Below, in pieces: positions 14,724 through 27,180 of a DNA stretch of 64,000 nt (positions are counted from its first letter, which is position 1; each line of letters starts with the position of its first letter). Source of the stretch: the human T2T-CHM13v2.0 reference genome, Homo sapiens; the NCBI RefSeq assembly GCF_009914755.1, contig NC_060931.1; one strand, 5' to 3'. Below the pieces are notes generated by a model. The model was not told the DNA's origin. It searched no databases and worked only from the letters and a program-made list of their open reading frames with translations. A program made the position numbers and the translations under genes.

Positions 14724-16454
14724 AAAATATAATGTATCCTAATGCAACTGAAGAAAGTCAAAAACAAATTTTCACAGTAGCCACAGAGAAGCCATATATT
14801 TTAGTCACCATTTCTTATTTCTGGATTCTTTCCCAATGTTTCTCATACCAAATTCTGTAACAATTTAGAAATGTTTCTACTAAAGACTCTAAATTGATTA
14901 TGATTAACTTTACAAAAAAGTTAAAAAAGAACTTTTGATATCTCAACTCTCCTTCATTCATGCATTAAAAGATTCACATGGCATCTTCATAATTGGGGAA
15001 TAATAAAAAGGAGTATTAAATATAAACTTAAGAGTTTATTTTCTAAATGGTTAGAATTTCAGAGAAGCTGAATTTTTTCATATTTGTTTATCCTGTCTTT
15101 CCTGGGATATAAGCTAACAACCATCATTAAATGAGACGATATATATCACATAATGTTATATATGCCTTAATAAATGGATGCATACAAACAAACTTGAAAG
15201 TATCTACAAATTAGGGAAATCTATTATTTTCTTTCTAAACAAGGACCTCAAGTTGAAACAACTATGTTTAACATAATTTTCAAATATATGTTACATTTGG
15301 ATGGTATAACTTTAGTTTTTTAAAACAATAAAGTTTAACTGTTGTGTGACTTGCACAAGTTAAGGGTTTCAGCAAATTGTCTGAAATACTTTTGTAAGGA
15401 AACTCTCCCTCACTCCCAACCACCCACTCACCCTGTCCTAGCAATACACAGACAGAGACAGAAACAACTTTTGAGAGGACTATTTCATACAATATTTTTG
15501 TTTGTTTTGCAGTTGTGAAGTTCAAAAGCTCCAAAATCCCACTATTTTTGTTGCTATTGTAATTCTTAACTGAATTGGCCATAAACCTAACTGGAATTAA
15601 TAGAATGCTATTTCTATTCCTCACTTAGACAATTTAGGGTGAACATTCATACACTTTTCTGCTATATACACATACATACGTATATAGATAGATTGTTGGA
15701 CAAAGAGGGGCTGCCACAAACCCCAAACGGATGTTCTACATTATGCATGCACCTTTCTAAAACTCTAAAATATATCTAATTCCAAACACTTCTGACACTA
15801 GAGGTTTCTGAGTGAAATACTTTCTTGTACTAAACAATAGTGAGAATCTGTTGGTGGCGAAAGTTTGTAAGTACATCGTCACCTTCAAATAAGAACAGAT
15901 ATACCCAAAATTTACATATGATAAGAATGGAGTTCTTGAGAATGTTTTTGAGGGGAGTAGAGCCAGAAGGAAATGGTAAGATAAAAAAGATACTCATCTC
16001 TACACTTAGCATTTGTAGATAAGACAATTTGCTTAAAGTTTTGAATTTAATAGTGCAAGATTTAAACATTTATAAAAGACATATATGATGTCTACATCTA
16101 GAAGACGACTTCTACGGAACAAAAATCAAATTTAAATTTTAATACAAAAAAGAAAGAAAAAAAGAGTGTTGAGGTTCTTTCAATAGGTTTTTCTGTAACT
16201 TGAACTCAAAAAGATTTAAAAAATATGGCTAGATTGATTATTATTCCCCATAGGCTAGTAAATAGTCGATTTTTCTATACTTTAACCTCCATACCAGACT
16301 CACTCTTCAGAGCCCTAAATCTTGAGATATAATAATGAAAAATTGGAGGTCTATTTAATACAATTTTTTTCTTACTGGGTTTTTGAGAATTATAAATTCA
16401 TTAAAAATGAAAATAAACTAAGGAAAAGAGGTTAGGCTTTTTTCTTAAGATGCC

Positions 16455-16580
16455 AGCTAAGAATGGTGGCATGCACATGTAGTCTCAGCTACTCAGGAGT
16501 CTGAGGTAGCAGAATTGCTTGAGCCCAGGAATTCAAGTTCAGCCTGGGCAACATAATGAGATCCCCATCTCTAAAACAAT
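16455..16580 (+). mobile_element. FLAM (Alu monomer, FLAM_A-like)
   Basis: Single Alu arm: ggtggcatgcacatgtagtctcagctactcagg...cctgggcaacataatgagatccccatctct. Confidence 0.8.
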
Positions 16581-16865
16581 TAAATTTCTAAATAAAATAT
16601 TGAAAAAGAATCTAATTACTAGAAGATAATTTACATCCTTGTTAAAGATAAATATATAATATAATGTAATATAATATAAGAAATACCAAGGTACATATCA
16701 TCAGACGCCACTTAAAAAAACAAAAGCACTAAGTAAACTTTATAGAAAACTGGCAGATATATGCCATACCAGTTGGGAAAACAATTGGGATCCAAGGGGT
16801 TGAAAAGAATAAAATAAGTTACCAAAACTGAGTAGTTCATATAAACATATATATACCTGTGTGTG

Positions 16866-17192
16866 TATATATATAAATATATATATAAATATATATAAAT
16901 ATATAAATATATATATAAATATATATAAATATATAAATATATATATAAATATATATAAATATATAAATATATATAAATATATATAAATATATAAATATAT
17001 ATAAATATATATAAATATATAAATATATATAAATATATATAAATATATAAATATATATAAATATATATAAATATATAAATATATATATAAATATATATAA
17101 ATATATGTATATATAAATATATGAATATGTATAAATATATATAAATATATAAATATATATATAAATATATAAATATATATAAATATATATAT
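16866..17192. repeat. Nearly pure AT minisatellite (TATAAA/TATATAAA)n
   Basis: About 330 bp almost entirely A/T. Confidence 0.97.
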
Positions 17193-17451
17193 CACAAAAT
17201 TATCAAAACTCCTTTCCTGATACAGGAAAAAATATGTATACACATACATGTGACACATAGCACAAAATTATAAAAAAAAATGTGACACATAACACAAAAT
17301 TATCAAAACTCTTTCTTGATACAGGAAAAAATATATATATACACATATATGTGTTTACATATGTGTGTGTGTGCATATATATATAACACGTGTGTGTATA
17401 TATATATGTATTTATTTTTTATTTTTTCCTGTATCAAGAAAGGAAATTTTG
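17193..17451. repeat. Local direct duplication plus 23-bp perfect inverted repeat
   Basis: cacaaaattatcaaaact..ctttc(c/t)tgatacaggaaaaaa at 17193 and 17293; 17311-17333 is the reverse complement of 17420-17442. Confidence 0.9.
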
Positions 17452-18302
17452 TAGGTCGTTATGTACACAACTGTGATCATCTTGAGTGACTAAGGGAAAG
17501 AAATTAGACTATCTAATGTTTAAATAAGCCTAGTTAAAGATCAGTGCAATCCTTGGAGTAATAAGACTTCTTTATAATTTCCAATATAAAGAGATGATAA
17601 GCGAATGATCTTGTTTCTCACAGTGCAGATGAAGAGCAAGATAATTTTGCTTATTGAATAATCACCATGAGCAGTTACAATTTGCCCTAAGAAAACATTT
17701 CCAATAGTAATTAATTCTGACTGTTTAACTTTTTGTTTGTATATTTATATTGTTTATTTTTGTTAATACATTGATATAAAAGAATTGGAAGAAGTCAGAC
17801 AAAGAAAAAAATAACCAGCATAGAGAGATCCCATCACCTTCCTTTCAAGGGGGATAAAAGATAAAGTGTGAGGAGAAATACAGTGTATACAATAAATATG
17901 TCATATGGAGATGGTAGGAGGGATATTGTCAACATTATACTTTTCATTTGAGTTTTGTCTTACAATTTCATGCTACAGAAGACTGCTAAAATTTTATCTA
18001 GGTAGGTCACTAAAACACTCCCAATTTCTTATAATATTTAGACAGAAAATAACGCGCTGATTCTCATATGATTCCAAGCTGTCTCCCGAGCTTGCAGTGC
18101 ATGACTTTTGCCAGAGCAAAGGGCTATGGGATGGAAAAGACTGCCTCCTGACTCTGGGCTTCAGAGCAGCTTTGCAGCTGTTAACAAGGAAAGCCTCGTG
18201 GTATTGTGCTAGATGATTTCATGACTTTCTAATCATTTTTAAATTGTGAAATTATCAAAACAGACACGAGATGTTGCCAAATCTGTGTTTCTTTGCTTTC
18301 AG

Positions 18303-18359
18303 CTTGTTTTAACTGCAAGCAAGGGTTTGAAACGTCAATGTTCTTGCTACTACCTCAGA
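18303..18359 (+). other. Possible 57-nt plus-strand exon in non-repeat DNA
   Basis: Acceptor tgtttctttgctttcag| and donor AGA|gtaagc; no partner plus-strand exons identified. Confidence 0.25.
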
Positions 18360-19030
18360 GTAAGCCACATTTAAAACTCAAGCTTGCCGCAGACATTTCT
18401 ATTTTGAAACTGTGGCTTTCTTTAAAACTGTAATTTGTATTAAAGTGCATATTTATGTAATTGTTCTATATACTACCATATGTTGCTGTAACAATGTATT
18501 AGAGATACAAGCGTAGTAAAAATAAGACTACTTTAAGCCAATGTTTCCATCAGACAATCATCAGTATTACTCCAGCGCAGCAACCCAACACTCAGCTAAT
18601 ACAAACTGGCCTTCAGACCAGGCTCTGCTCACTCACTTTCACAAAGAGGCAGTAATAATAATGGTGTGTGCCATAGTTGAGACAGAAAACTGCATCAGTA
18701 TCTCAGACTTTTAGACGTTGGTATCAGGCAACCCTGTCCCCACGTGTTTGTCTCCCAATCCTGTAAGTTCCAGATCCCAAGGTCAGCTCTCCTAGTTGCT
18801 GATGTTCTATCTTTTAAAGCGCCCATCTTGGGTTATTCCTACTATTACAGTAGGATCTCTCAAGGCATTTTCTTTATAAGCTTTGGTTTCTTGTTCTTAT
18901 TTAGATGTCCTGAAGTGCCTTCTTGATTTCTTTTTTTCTCTGGCTTCAGACCCCTACATGGCCAGAGGCCCCAGGGTTTTGCCTTTCTTCTCCCCCTCAT
19001 CTCCCTCACTCCTGAGGTCTGTCCTCTAAT

Positions 19031-19378
19031 GTAGTGGCCCCCAACCTTTTTGACACCAGGAACATGTTTCATGGAAGGCAATTTTCCCACAGATGGTGGG
19101 GGGCGGTGTCGGGGAGAAGATACGGTTTCAGGAAGAAACTGTTCCACCTCAGATCATCAGGCATTAGATTCTCACAAGGACTGCGCAATCTAGATCCCTC
19201 TGATGTGCATTTCACAATAGAGTTCGAGCTCCCATGAGAATCTAATGTCACCACTGATCTGACAGGAGGCAGAGCCCAGGCAGTAATGCTTATTTGCCTG
19301 CTGCTCACCTCCTGCTGTGTGGTCCGGTTCCTAATAGGCCACCAACCAGTCCGTGGTTGGGGAGTTGGGGACCCCAGC
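19031..19378 (+). mobile_element. MER1B (hAT-Charlie) DNA transposon
   Basis: gtggcccccaacctttttgacaccagg...ccacctcagatcatcaggcattagattctc...gttggggacccc. Confidence 0.9.
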
Positions 19379-22169
19379 TCTAGTGAATCTCTGTAGGCCA
19401 CTCCAAACCAAAGTAAAATTAAAAATTAAAAAAAAATTTTTGAGTTTAAAAAATTCAAATACCTAACATTTTTAACATGCTTTGAAAACCCCTCAGGAAG
19501 CCCTGTAATTGTTTCTTATTGGTAAGTAACATTTGAATAAAAAGAACTTTGTTTATTATACCTGATTTTAATTTCACGTTTTGAGAAATATATACTGGAT
19601 AGATAGATTTAGTTTCATGCAGTCATGTTTAAATTATATATCCAAATTAACTTGCATTATATATCTGCATCGTGACTTTACTTGGAAGGCATTAAAGGCT
19701 AATAAATAGTATTCACTATATCAAATATGTACTTTCACACATATCTAAATAATTATATATTAGCATTTCTACATTTAATAATTTTATTTGTAAAATTTAA
19801 TACATAATATTATCTGCAATTATTTAATCAGTGAGCGTTCAAGGGCATGTCAGATTAAGATTAACCTTAAAAAGCTTATTTTTAATTATTTTCCGTTGTT
19901 TTTTAAACAAACTTCTCTCACAAAATTTACATCCAAGCTAACTGGTGAAGAATAAAACATTACACACCTATACATGCACACATACAAAAGGACTCTATTT
20001 CAACAGCACATCAGGCCTTTAAAATATAAACAATCAAAAAGGAAAATGGTTGAAACAGAAAAAATAACTCAAAACTTTAAAAGAAATGTCATGTAAAAAG
20101 CAAAATGCTTAAACTGAAAATATAGCATTGTACCTTATCAGCTCACATTTTACTTTTGAGTCATCCAAATTTTGTCATCCAATTATTTTTGAACCCTGTA
20201 TATTAATTTTTCATTAGGATTATCTTAATAGGAAGTTTTATTATTTTTGCTTTTATACAACATTTTACTATAGCAATTTATGACATCTTGACTTGGTTGT
20301 TCGCAATTTGTTTCTGTCCCCTTTAATGACAAAAAGAAGAGGAAGAAGACGGAGGAGGAGGAGGAGAGGGAGAGCAAGAGGAAGAAACAAACCAAAGAAT
20401 AAAAAAAGTTTATAAATGAGCAGTCACTGCAGTAACTAAGCCAAGTTTTATAAAGCAGAGGAAATATTCTCATTAGAAGCAGTGCTAAATTAAATAATAG
20501 ATACAGGTTTTTTTTAAACTGGGATATTACTCTTAGAAAAAATATAAAACTTAATTTATGATCTCCTCAAGACACACATTCTATTTATTAAATACATTTG
20601 AATTAAAGGGGGGGTTAAGGAAAATGATAAAACTTACAGTTAACTTTTACCACTAGATGGAGCCCAGGCATCTATATGGCAAAACTCCCACTGTGTTTAC
20701 ATTTGGCTGTATTTGATTACTTACTGAAAATGACATATAATCAGTTTAACCTGAAAGGGGTAAGGGATGATAGGTGTTTTTTAGAATATAGCGTCTTGGC
20801 AAAATGTAAATTGATGAAAAGTGAACATGACTTCTCTTTAGAATCCTCCCTCCTGAATACAGATCTTCCATCACATAAAATACACAGACCTCTTAACTTT
20901 TGTGCCTGCCTCTTCGCATTCTACCTATTTTGGGAAGGCCTCTCAAGGATGCTTACTAATGCTCTTAAGGTTATTCCAGCTCCTCTTGCCTTACTCTTTT
21001 CTGAACCCACTGATTAATGAAATATTCATTCTTGGTGTTGACCATATATTTCTCTTACGTGTGCTTACAGTAATTTCACATGAAGAAGTGGCTTTCTCTC
21101 CCCATGGCAGAATTATACCATAATACCTATGAAATGGATATAAGCTTCAAAAATACAAATGGCTAACTTGGTACAAACAGATACCATTCATTTTGTTTCA
21201 TCTTTAGGCCTCTGGGAAGTCTATGTACAAAAGGCATAGCGAAAAAGAAAAAAACAAAAACAGAGATTTGGTGCCCTCTGCCATTAATAATTAAACTTCC
21301 AGAAATTATCTTGGAAAAGATTACCAAACTAGAGATCCAGAACCAAGACAGTAAAGTTTTATAAGCTGCTGCAAAGTTTGCCATTTTCCAGAGGCTAGAA
21401 TTTGGCATTTTTTGTCTTAATGTAAATTGTTCTGTTTTTGATCAATGCTGAAAGTTCATAACATATAATATTTGTAATTTTGTGAAGGCAGAGATTTGAA
21501 TCCCATATTGTGTTACGAAGCCTTTGTGCAATGAGTGACCCTCTGAGCTTAAGAGTAGGTCTAATTACGTTCCCAGAACAGGCATCATAACCTGGCTCGG
21601 TTTTCAACTTGCTGTTCTTTGGAAGAAATGTTTTTGGACTCATCTACTACACCTCTATTTGATATTTTCTAGTTTATATTTGCATTTAGTGGAAAGACAG
21701 CTAAAAATAGAAAATGCTTGGGGCTAGGTTTCCATGAAGAAAAAGAAATAAGTGTTGGAGAAGACCAAACATCTTGGGATATGGCAAATTAATCAGCTAC
21801 CAAAAGGCATGCTTGGAACCGGATACAAAAAAGAAAAGCAGCAAGTGTAGGAATGACTGGGGCTGAGTCTCAGACATCTTTCTGGAGCTTCATTCACTCA
21901 CATGCAAAGATCATTTGTTCAACACCTAGAATGCATCAGCCACCAAATTAGGACCACACATCCATAAATATTAGACAACTGAGAAATTTAGGAGTTTAAT
22001 GAGAAAAGGAGATTAGAAAAGAGACTACTATAGCACAGTGATATGGGAACTATAAACGACAATGGGAGACTATATAGGAAGGTTATTTACGTTGAGGGTA
22101 TATGTAATTAAGCCCTGAGGGGGAGAGAAAGAGAGGTTTTCATGAAAAAATGATAAACTGATTTCTTTC

Positions 22170-22504
22170 TTTTTTTTTTTTTTTTTTTTTTTTTGAGACA
22201 AGGTCTCACTCTGTCACCCAGGCTGCCAGGCTAGAGGGCAGTGGCTATAGTGTTGCCATCACAGCTCATTGCAGCTTTGACCTACCAGCCTCAGGTGATG
22301 CTCCCACCTCAGCCTCCTGGGTAGCTGGGGACTACAGGTGTATGCCATGTTGCCGGGCTAATTTAAAAAAAAAAATTTTTTTTTGGTTGAGACAGGGTCT
22401 CACTATGTTGCCTGAGCTTGTCATGAACTTCTAGGCTCAAGCGATCTTCCCCCATCAGCCTCCCAAAGTGCTGGGATTGCAGGTATGAGACACTGTGCCT
22501 GGTC
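22170..22504 (-). mobile_element. Alu (AluJ-like)
   Basis: Poly-T followed by reverse Alu with J features (cacagctcattgcagc, gggtctcactatgttgcc). Confidence 0.9.
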
Positions 22505-22517
22505 AATACACTGAGTC

Positions 22518-22844
<327 letters not shown>

Positions 22845-23129
22845 TAATTGAGGCTAAGTAAGGAAGGAGTCTTGTGATTGAAAAGCAAGAAAAGGAGATT
22901 CTTCCCATAGGAGCTGTGTTAATTGTAAGAAATTCCCTCTTTCTGAGAGGGAAGTACAGGAATAATTGAAAGACCAATCTGTTGCTGAAGAATCTAACCA
23001 TAGCTAAAAGGGTCTTATTTTGCTATGCCTCATGCCCGGAAGCAGCCATTAAGGGTTTCAGAGGACAGAGGGAAACTCACATTTTTATTTCAAAGTAGTC
23101 AAACCAATATTTCTTTTGAATGTGAAATT

Positions 23130-23735
23130 TCAGTGAGCCTTTTAAAGGTCAAATTACATTACTCCTCTGCTCACCAATTTCCAAGAGTTTCCCATATATT
23201 ACTGACATTGGCCAAGTCTCTCTAGATTTTTATTCTGGTGTTAACCTCTCTGAGGCATTTCCTTCTCCTTTTCCTTTCCATCATCCCTTTCCAACCACAA
23301 TGATTTTCCATTTCTTTCCTGAACACACTCATCTTTCCATACCAGGTCTTGGAAGCATCCTTGCCCTCTACCTGAACCTGAACTCCTATTCCCTAAAATA
23401 GCAGTATGGTTTGCTCCTTTACCTCCTTCGGGAGTTTGCCAAGAGTTCATAGAAAACACATACATCCTTCACTATCCTTCCTCCCCTGCACCTCAAAAGT
23501 GCTTATCCTTTCCCCTCTCTTTGTTGTCCCACATATTGGACTTACCACTATGTGCATACTGTATATTTTATTAACTTATTGCTAGAAAACATCTTTCTCT
23601 ACTGGAACGTAAACTCCTCAGGGGCTTCGATATTCGTCTGTATTGTATTTGATATACTTTAATTGTTTCGGTATACTAAATACCCAAGACAATTCTTGAC
23701 ACATAGTTGCTTCCCTTTTTCTTTCAGTGAATTAA
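23130..23735 (+). mobile_element. L2 fragment
   Basis: gtgagccttttaaaggtcaaattacattactcctctgctc...actggaacgtaaactcctca...ttgacacatagttgct. Confidence 0.55.
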
Positions 23736-25267
23736 GCCATTGGTGGCAGAAACAAGTTATGAAAAGTCTCAGAAATCCAGGCACATAGGTGATGAGGAGC
23801 ACCAATTTAAGTTTAGTAGTGCAGAAAAAGAAACCCTTCAAGATTAAGGTGCAAGCTCCCAGAGGACATGACAAGAAATTGTCTATCCTTGTGTGGCCTT
23901 GAACCAGGCAAACAAAAAATACGTCCTTAGTGGGAAAACATTTGTTTTTAAAATTAAAATGACAGAACAACAGTTCAAACATTTCTCTTCTATCAGAGAG
24001 GAATAACCTAGGAACAAGCAGGTGCCATTTTCATATAGTTAACATTTACTGATACTAAAGGCGTCGCTTAATTACACCTATGTTATTCTTGATATATCCT
24101 GTCCATTATTATGTTTAATCCTCTCAAACCCAGTGTGATTTGTTTTCCCAGAGAATCAGAGATTAAGTAACTTAGTCAAGAGTATGGGCTAGGAGTGGAT
24201 GTCTTCGGAATTCAAAACTCTCTCTGGGAATTCAGATGCTATTTGCTGAAGTGGGTAAGGAAGCTTCATATCCCACGAGCATCCTTACTTTGTTGGGTTT
24301 GGTAGAGGGTTGAGCTGCGGGTCTCTAAAGTTAACAGAGTAGCAGCACTGTGCTTTAGGTCAGAGGACTGAAAAATGAACAATATGCAGATGCTGCACTC
24401 AGGTAACTAATGGTCTAGTGGAAGGAAAAAATAACTAATTTATAGAAGTTTAGGGCATTGTTTTGGATAACTAAAATATAGAATTATTTTCTTTTTTCTT
24501 TCTATCTCTATTGAAGTTAATATATAAAATGATTTCTTAAAAGTTTTTGAGATTACTGTTTTAAGGATCACATTATTGATATTGCAGTCACCAGGATAAG
24601 CTGAATAATTTCAAGGTGTTTAAAAAGTAATACATCCATCTGCCAACCTACTAGTAGTACTAAAATAATAAAATCCTAGACTCATAATTTAATTGTACAC
24701 CCCTTCCTTGAAATCATTGATAAACATTAACTTTATGTATGGGGCAGGAATAAAAGTAGAAGCAATTGTCTTGGTTTCAGAAATGGGCTTGTTCTTATAC
24801 AAATTAAATTCTTAACTTTATCCTTCACTGAAGTCCTGCTTCTCTGCTAATTTCACTGTCAAAAACAGAACTGATGACTTAGTAATACAATCTATATGAA
24901 CAAAAGACAATATTTTGGCAGTCATGTATGTCATCATTTTTGGATTTGTGTTACTAGAAAGTTTTGAGATTTTTGAGGTTAGGCACTCCCTTTACTTCAA
25001 ATTCTGACCTTTGAGCGATTTGAGTATCTACAGAAGCCTTCCCTTCTGTTTGCGCTCACCAACTACACATATTTTTTCTGGGAGAAATACATTCTTACAT
25101 ACTTTATCTGCCTATAGAGACAATATATTTTAGTTGCTAATATCAGGAATTTTAAAGTCAAGCATTCCTGTATGCAGGTCTGGGCTTGCTAGTTATGTGA
25201 CTTTGGACAATTTACTTAACATCTTTCTAAGCCTCTCCTTATTTTTTTTTAATCTGCCAAATGGAAG

Positions 25268-25792
25268 TGTAGAAATCCGCTGACAAACTGGTCTTAATGA
25301 TCTATATTTTATGGCATTCAAATATTCTGTAAGCCCCTCCCACAGTGAATTGGGACTAGGTTTGTGTGACCTACAGAATATCATGGAAGTGATCTTGTGT
25401 GACATCTAAAGTTAGGTTATAGAAGGCATTACATTTTCCCCCTTGGCCTCTTGGATTGTTCTCTCTGGGGGAAGCTAGAAGCTATCCTTTGAGAACCTTT
25501 GGGCAATCAAGCAGAGAGATCTATATAGGAGTAAAGGAGGCCACTCCATTAATAGCCAGTATCTTTGTACTAGCCTTGTAATTGGATCCTTCTGTCCTAC
25601 TCTAGCCTTTAAATGACTTCGTCCCCAGGCAAGAAAGAATGAAACTGCAAGGAGGATATGAAGAAAAGAACTGCTCAGCTAAGCCCTTTTTGAATTCCTA
25701 ATCAATAGAAGCTGTGAGAAATAAAAATGATTATTACGGCTTAAGCCACTAAGGTTTAGGATAATTTGTTACACAGCCATAATTTCTGGAAC
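25268..25792 (+). mobile_element. MaLR solo LTR (MLT1F/G-like) inserted in a MIR
   Basis: cccctcccacagtgaattgggactagg...ttaagccactaaggtttaggataatttgttacacagc...ctggaaca; MIR sequence on both sides (about 25130-25267 and 25793-25860). Confidence 0.7.
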
Positions 25793-25954
25793 AGGGATAA
25801 TATATTTGTGGTTGAAATGTTGTGAGAATAAAATGAAAAAATATATATAATGAGATTTAAAAATGTGTGTCTGTGTGTGTGAGCATGCATGAAAGCATGA
25901 AGCCAAGTGCTTAAAATTCAGGGAAAGGGGTAGAAGCCCTGTGTGAAAACAGGC

Positions 25955-26662
25955 TGTGTTCCTGTAAAGATTTTTGCACTCTGCAGCCAACACTATGTGT
26001 TCACTAAAATATATTCTCCTTTTTGGCTGAGATAGATTATATTTCCCAGGCTCATTTTTAGTTAAGAATTGCCGACCAGGCGCGGTGGCTCACACCTGTA
26101 ATCCCAACACTTTGGGAGACTGAGGCAGGTGGATCACATGAGGTCAGGAGTTTGAGTCCAACCTGACCAATGTGGAGAAACCCCATCTCTACTAAAAATA
26201 TAAAATTAGCCAGGTGTGGTGGCCCATGCCTATAATCACAGCTACTCAGGAGGCTGAGGCAAGAAAATTGCTTGAACCTGGGAGGGAGAGGTTGCAGTGA
26301 GCCAAGATCACACCATCGCACTCCAGCTTGGACAACAAGAGTAAAACTGTCTCAAAAAAAAAAAAAATTGCCATGTGACTAAGTCCTGCCAATGGAATGG
26401 GAGCAGAGGTGAAATATGCTGCCCCAAAACCTCCAATGGGCAATCTTCTACTTACCTTCAATTCTTCTTTCAAAATGGAGACGAGTGAAATCATAAGATG
26501 GAAGGAGCCTAGGTACCTAACAGACCACATAAAAGGATACACACTAGACAGGAAGGCTAACATTGGTCTTTTTCTGAGCAAAAAATAAACTTACAATCGT
26601 GTTAAGCCAGTAATACTCTGGAGTTTATCTGCTACAGTAAGTATTGTGGTGTTGACTAATAC
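25955..26662 (+). mobile_element. MaLR LTR (MLT1J-like) interrupted by an Alu
   Basis: tatatttcccagg..[Alu]..gccatgtgactaagtcctgccaatggaatg...agatggaaggagcctagg...gactaataca. Confidence 0.65.
26074..26367 (+). mobile_element. Alu (AluSp-like)
   Basis: cctgaccaat..ggagaaacccc and caacaagag diagnostics; aattgcc TSD. Confidence 0.92.
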
Positions 26663-26989
26663 ATACCTGCACTTGACACTGAAACCTTTCTCCCTATCAG
26701 GACTCCCCTCCCTGTTGTTAGCCTACTCTGTGCCTGGTTCTGGTACAGCATAGACACTAAATTGCAAGAAATTGAGTTCATCTAAACTGTTAAACGTAAC
26801 ATGGAGACTAAAGGTCTGTCTCGTCTGGAAACTTCATGGAATGAAGCTAAAAGACACCATGTTTTCAGACACTGGGTTCATGTACTTCACATCAACTTTT
26901 CTCTGTTCTAATGTACTCATTATATCCTCTAATATATCACCTAATGTTTCCCCATCACTTGCCCAACATGGCTACAGCTTCTGACCCAT

Positions 26990-27180
26990 CCTGACCTGAC
27001 AACCTGATTTTCCCACTTAGAAGCTGTATGACCCTTGGCAAGTAAAAATATCATGTAAGATTTTCACTGTATATTCTAAGAATAATTAATATGAAATGAG
27101 ATAAAGTAAATGAAGCGAGAGACCCATGAATGTACCTGGTACTTATCAGGTGCTTAATAAACAGTATTTATTGTTATTCA
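26990..27180 (+). mobile_element. MIR fragment
   Basis: ccacttagaagctgtatgacccttggcaagt...ggtgcttaataaa. Confidence 0.6.

Noticed and set aside
16740-17258. 172-aa I/Y/F-rich ORF
   Set aside because: Translation of the AT minisatellite
18310-18357. let-7-like pre-miRNA on the minus strand (TGAGGTAGTAG...)
   Set aside because: Only short interrupted pairing; the 3' half does not match let-7 family members; no pre-miRNA-length stem
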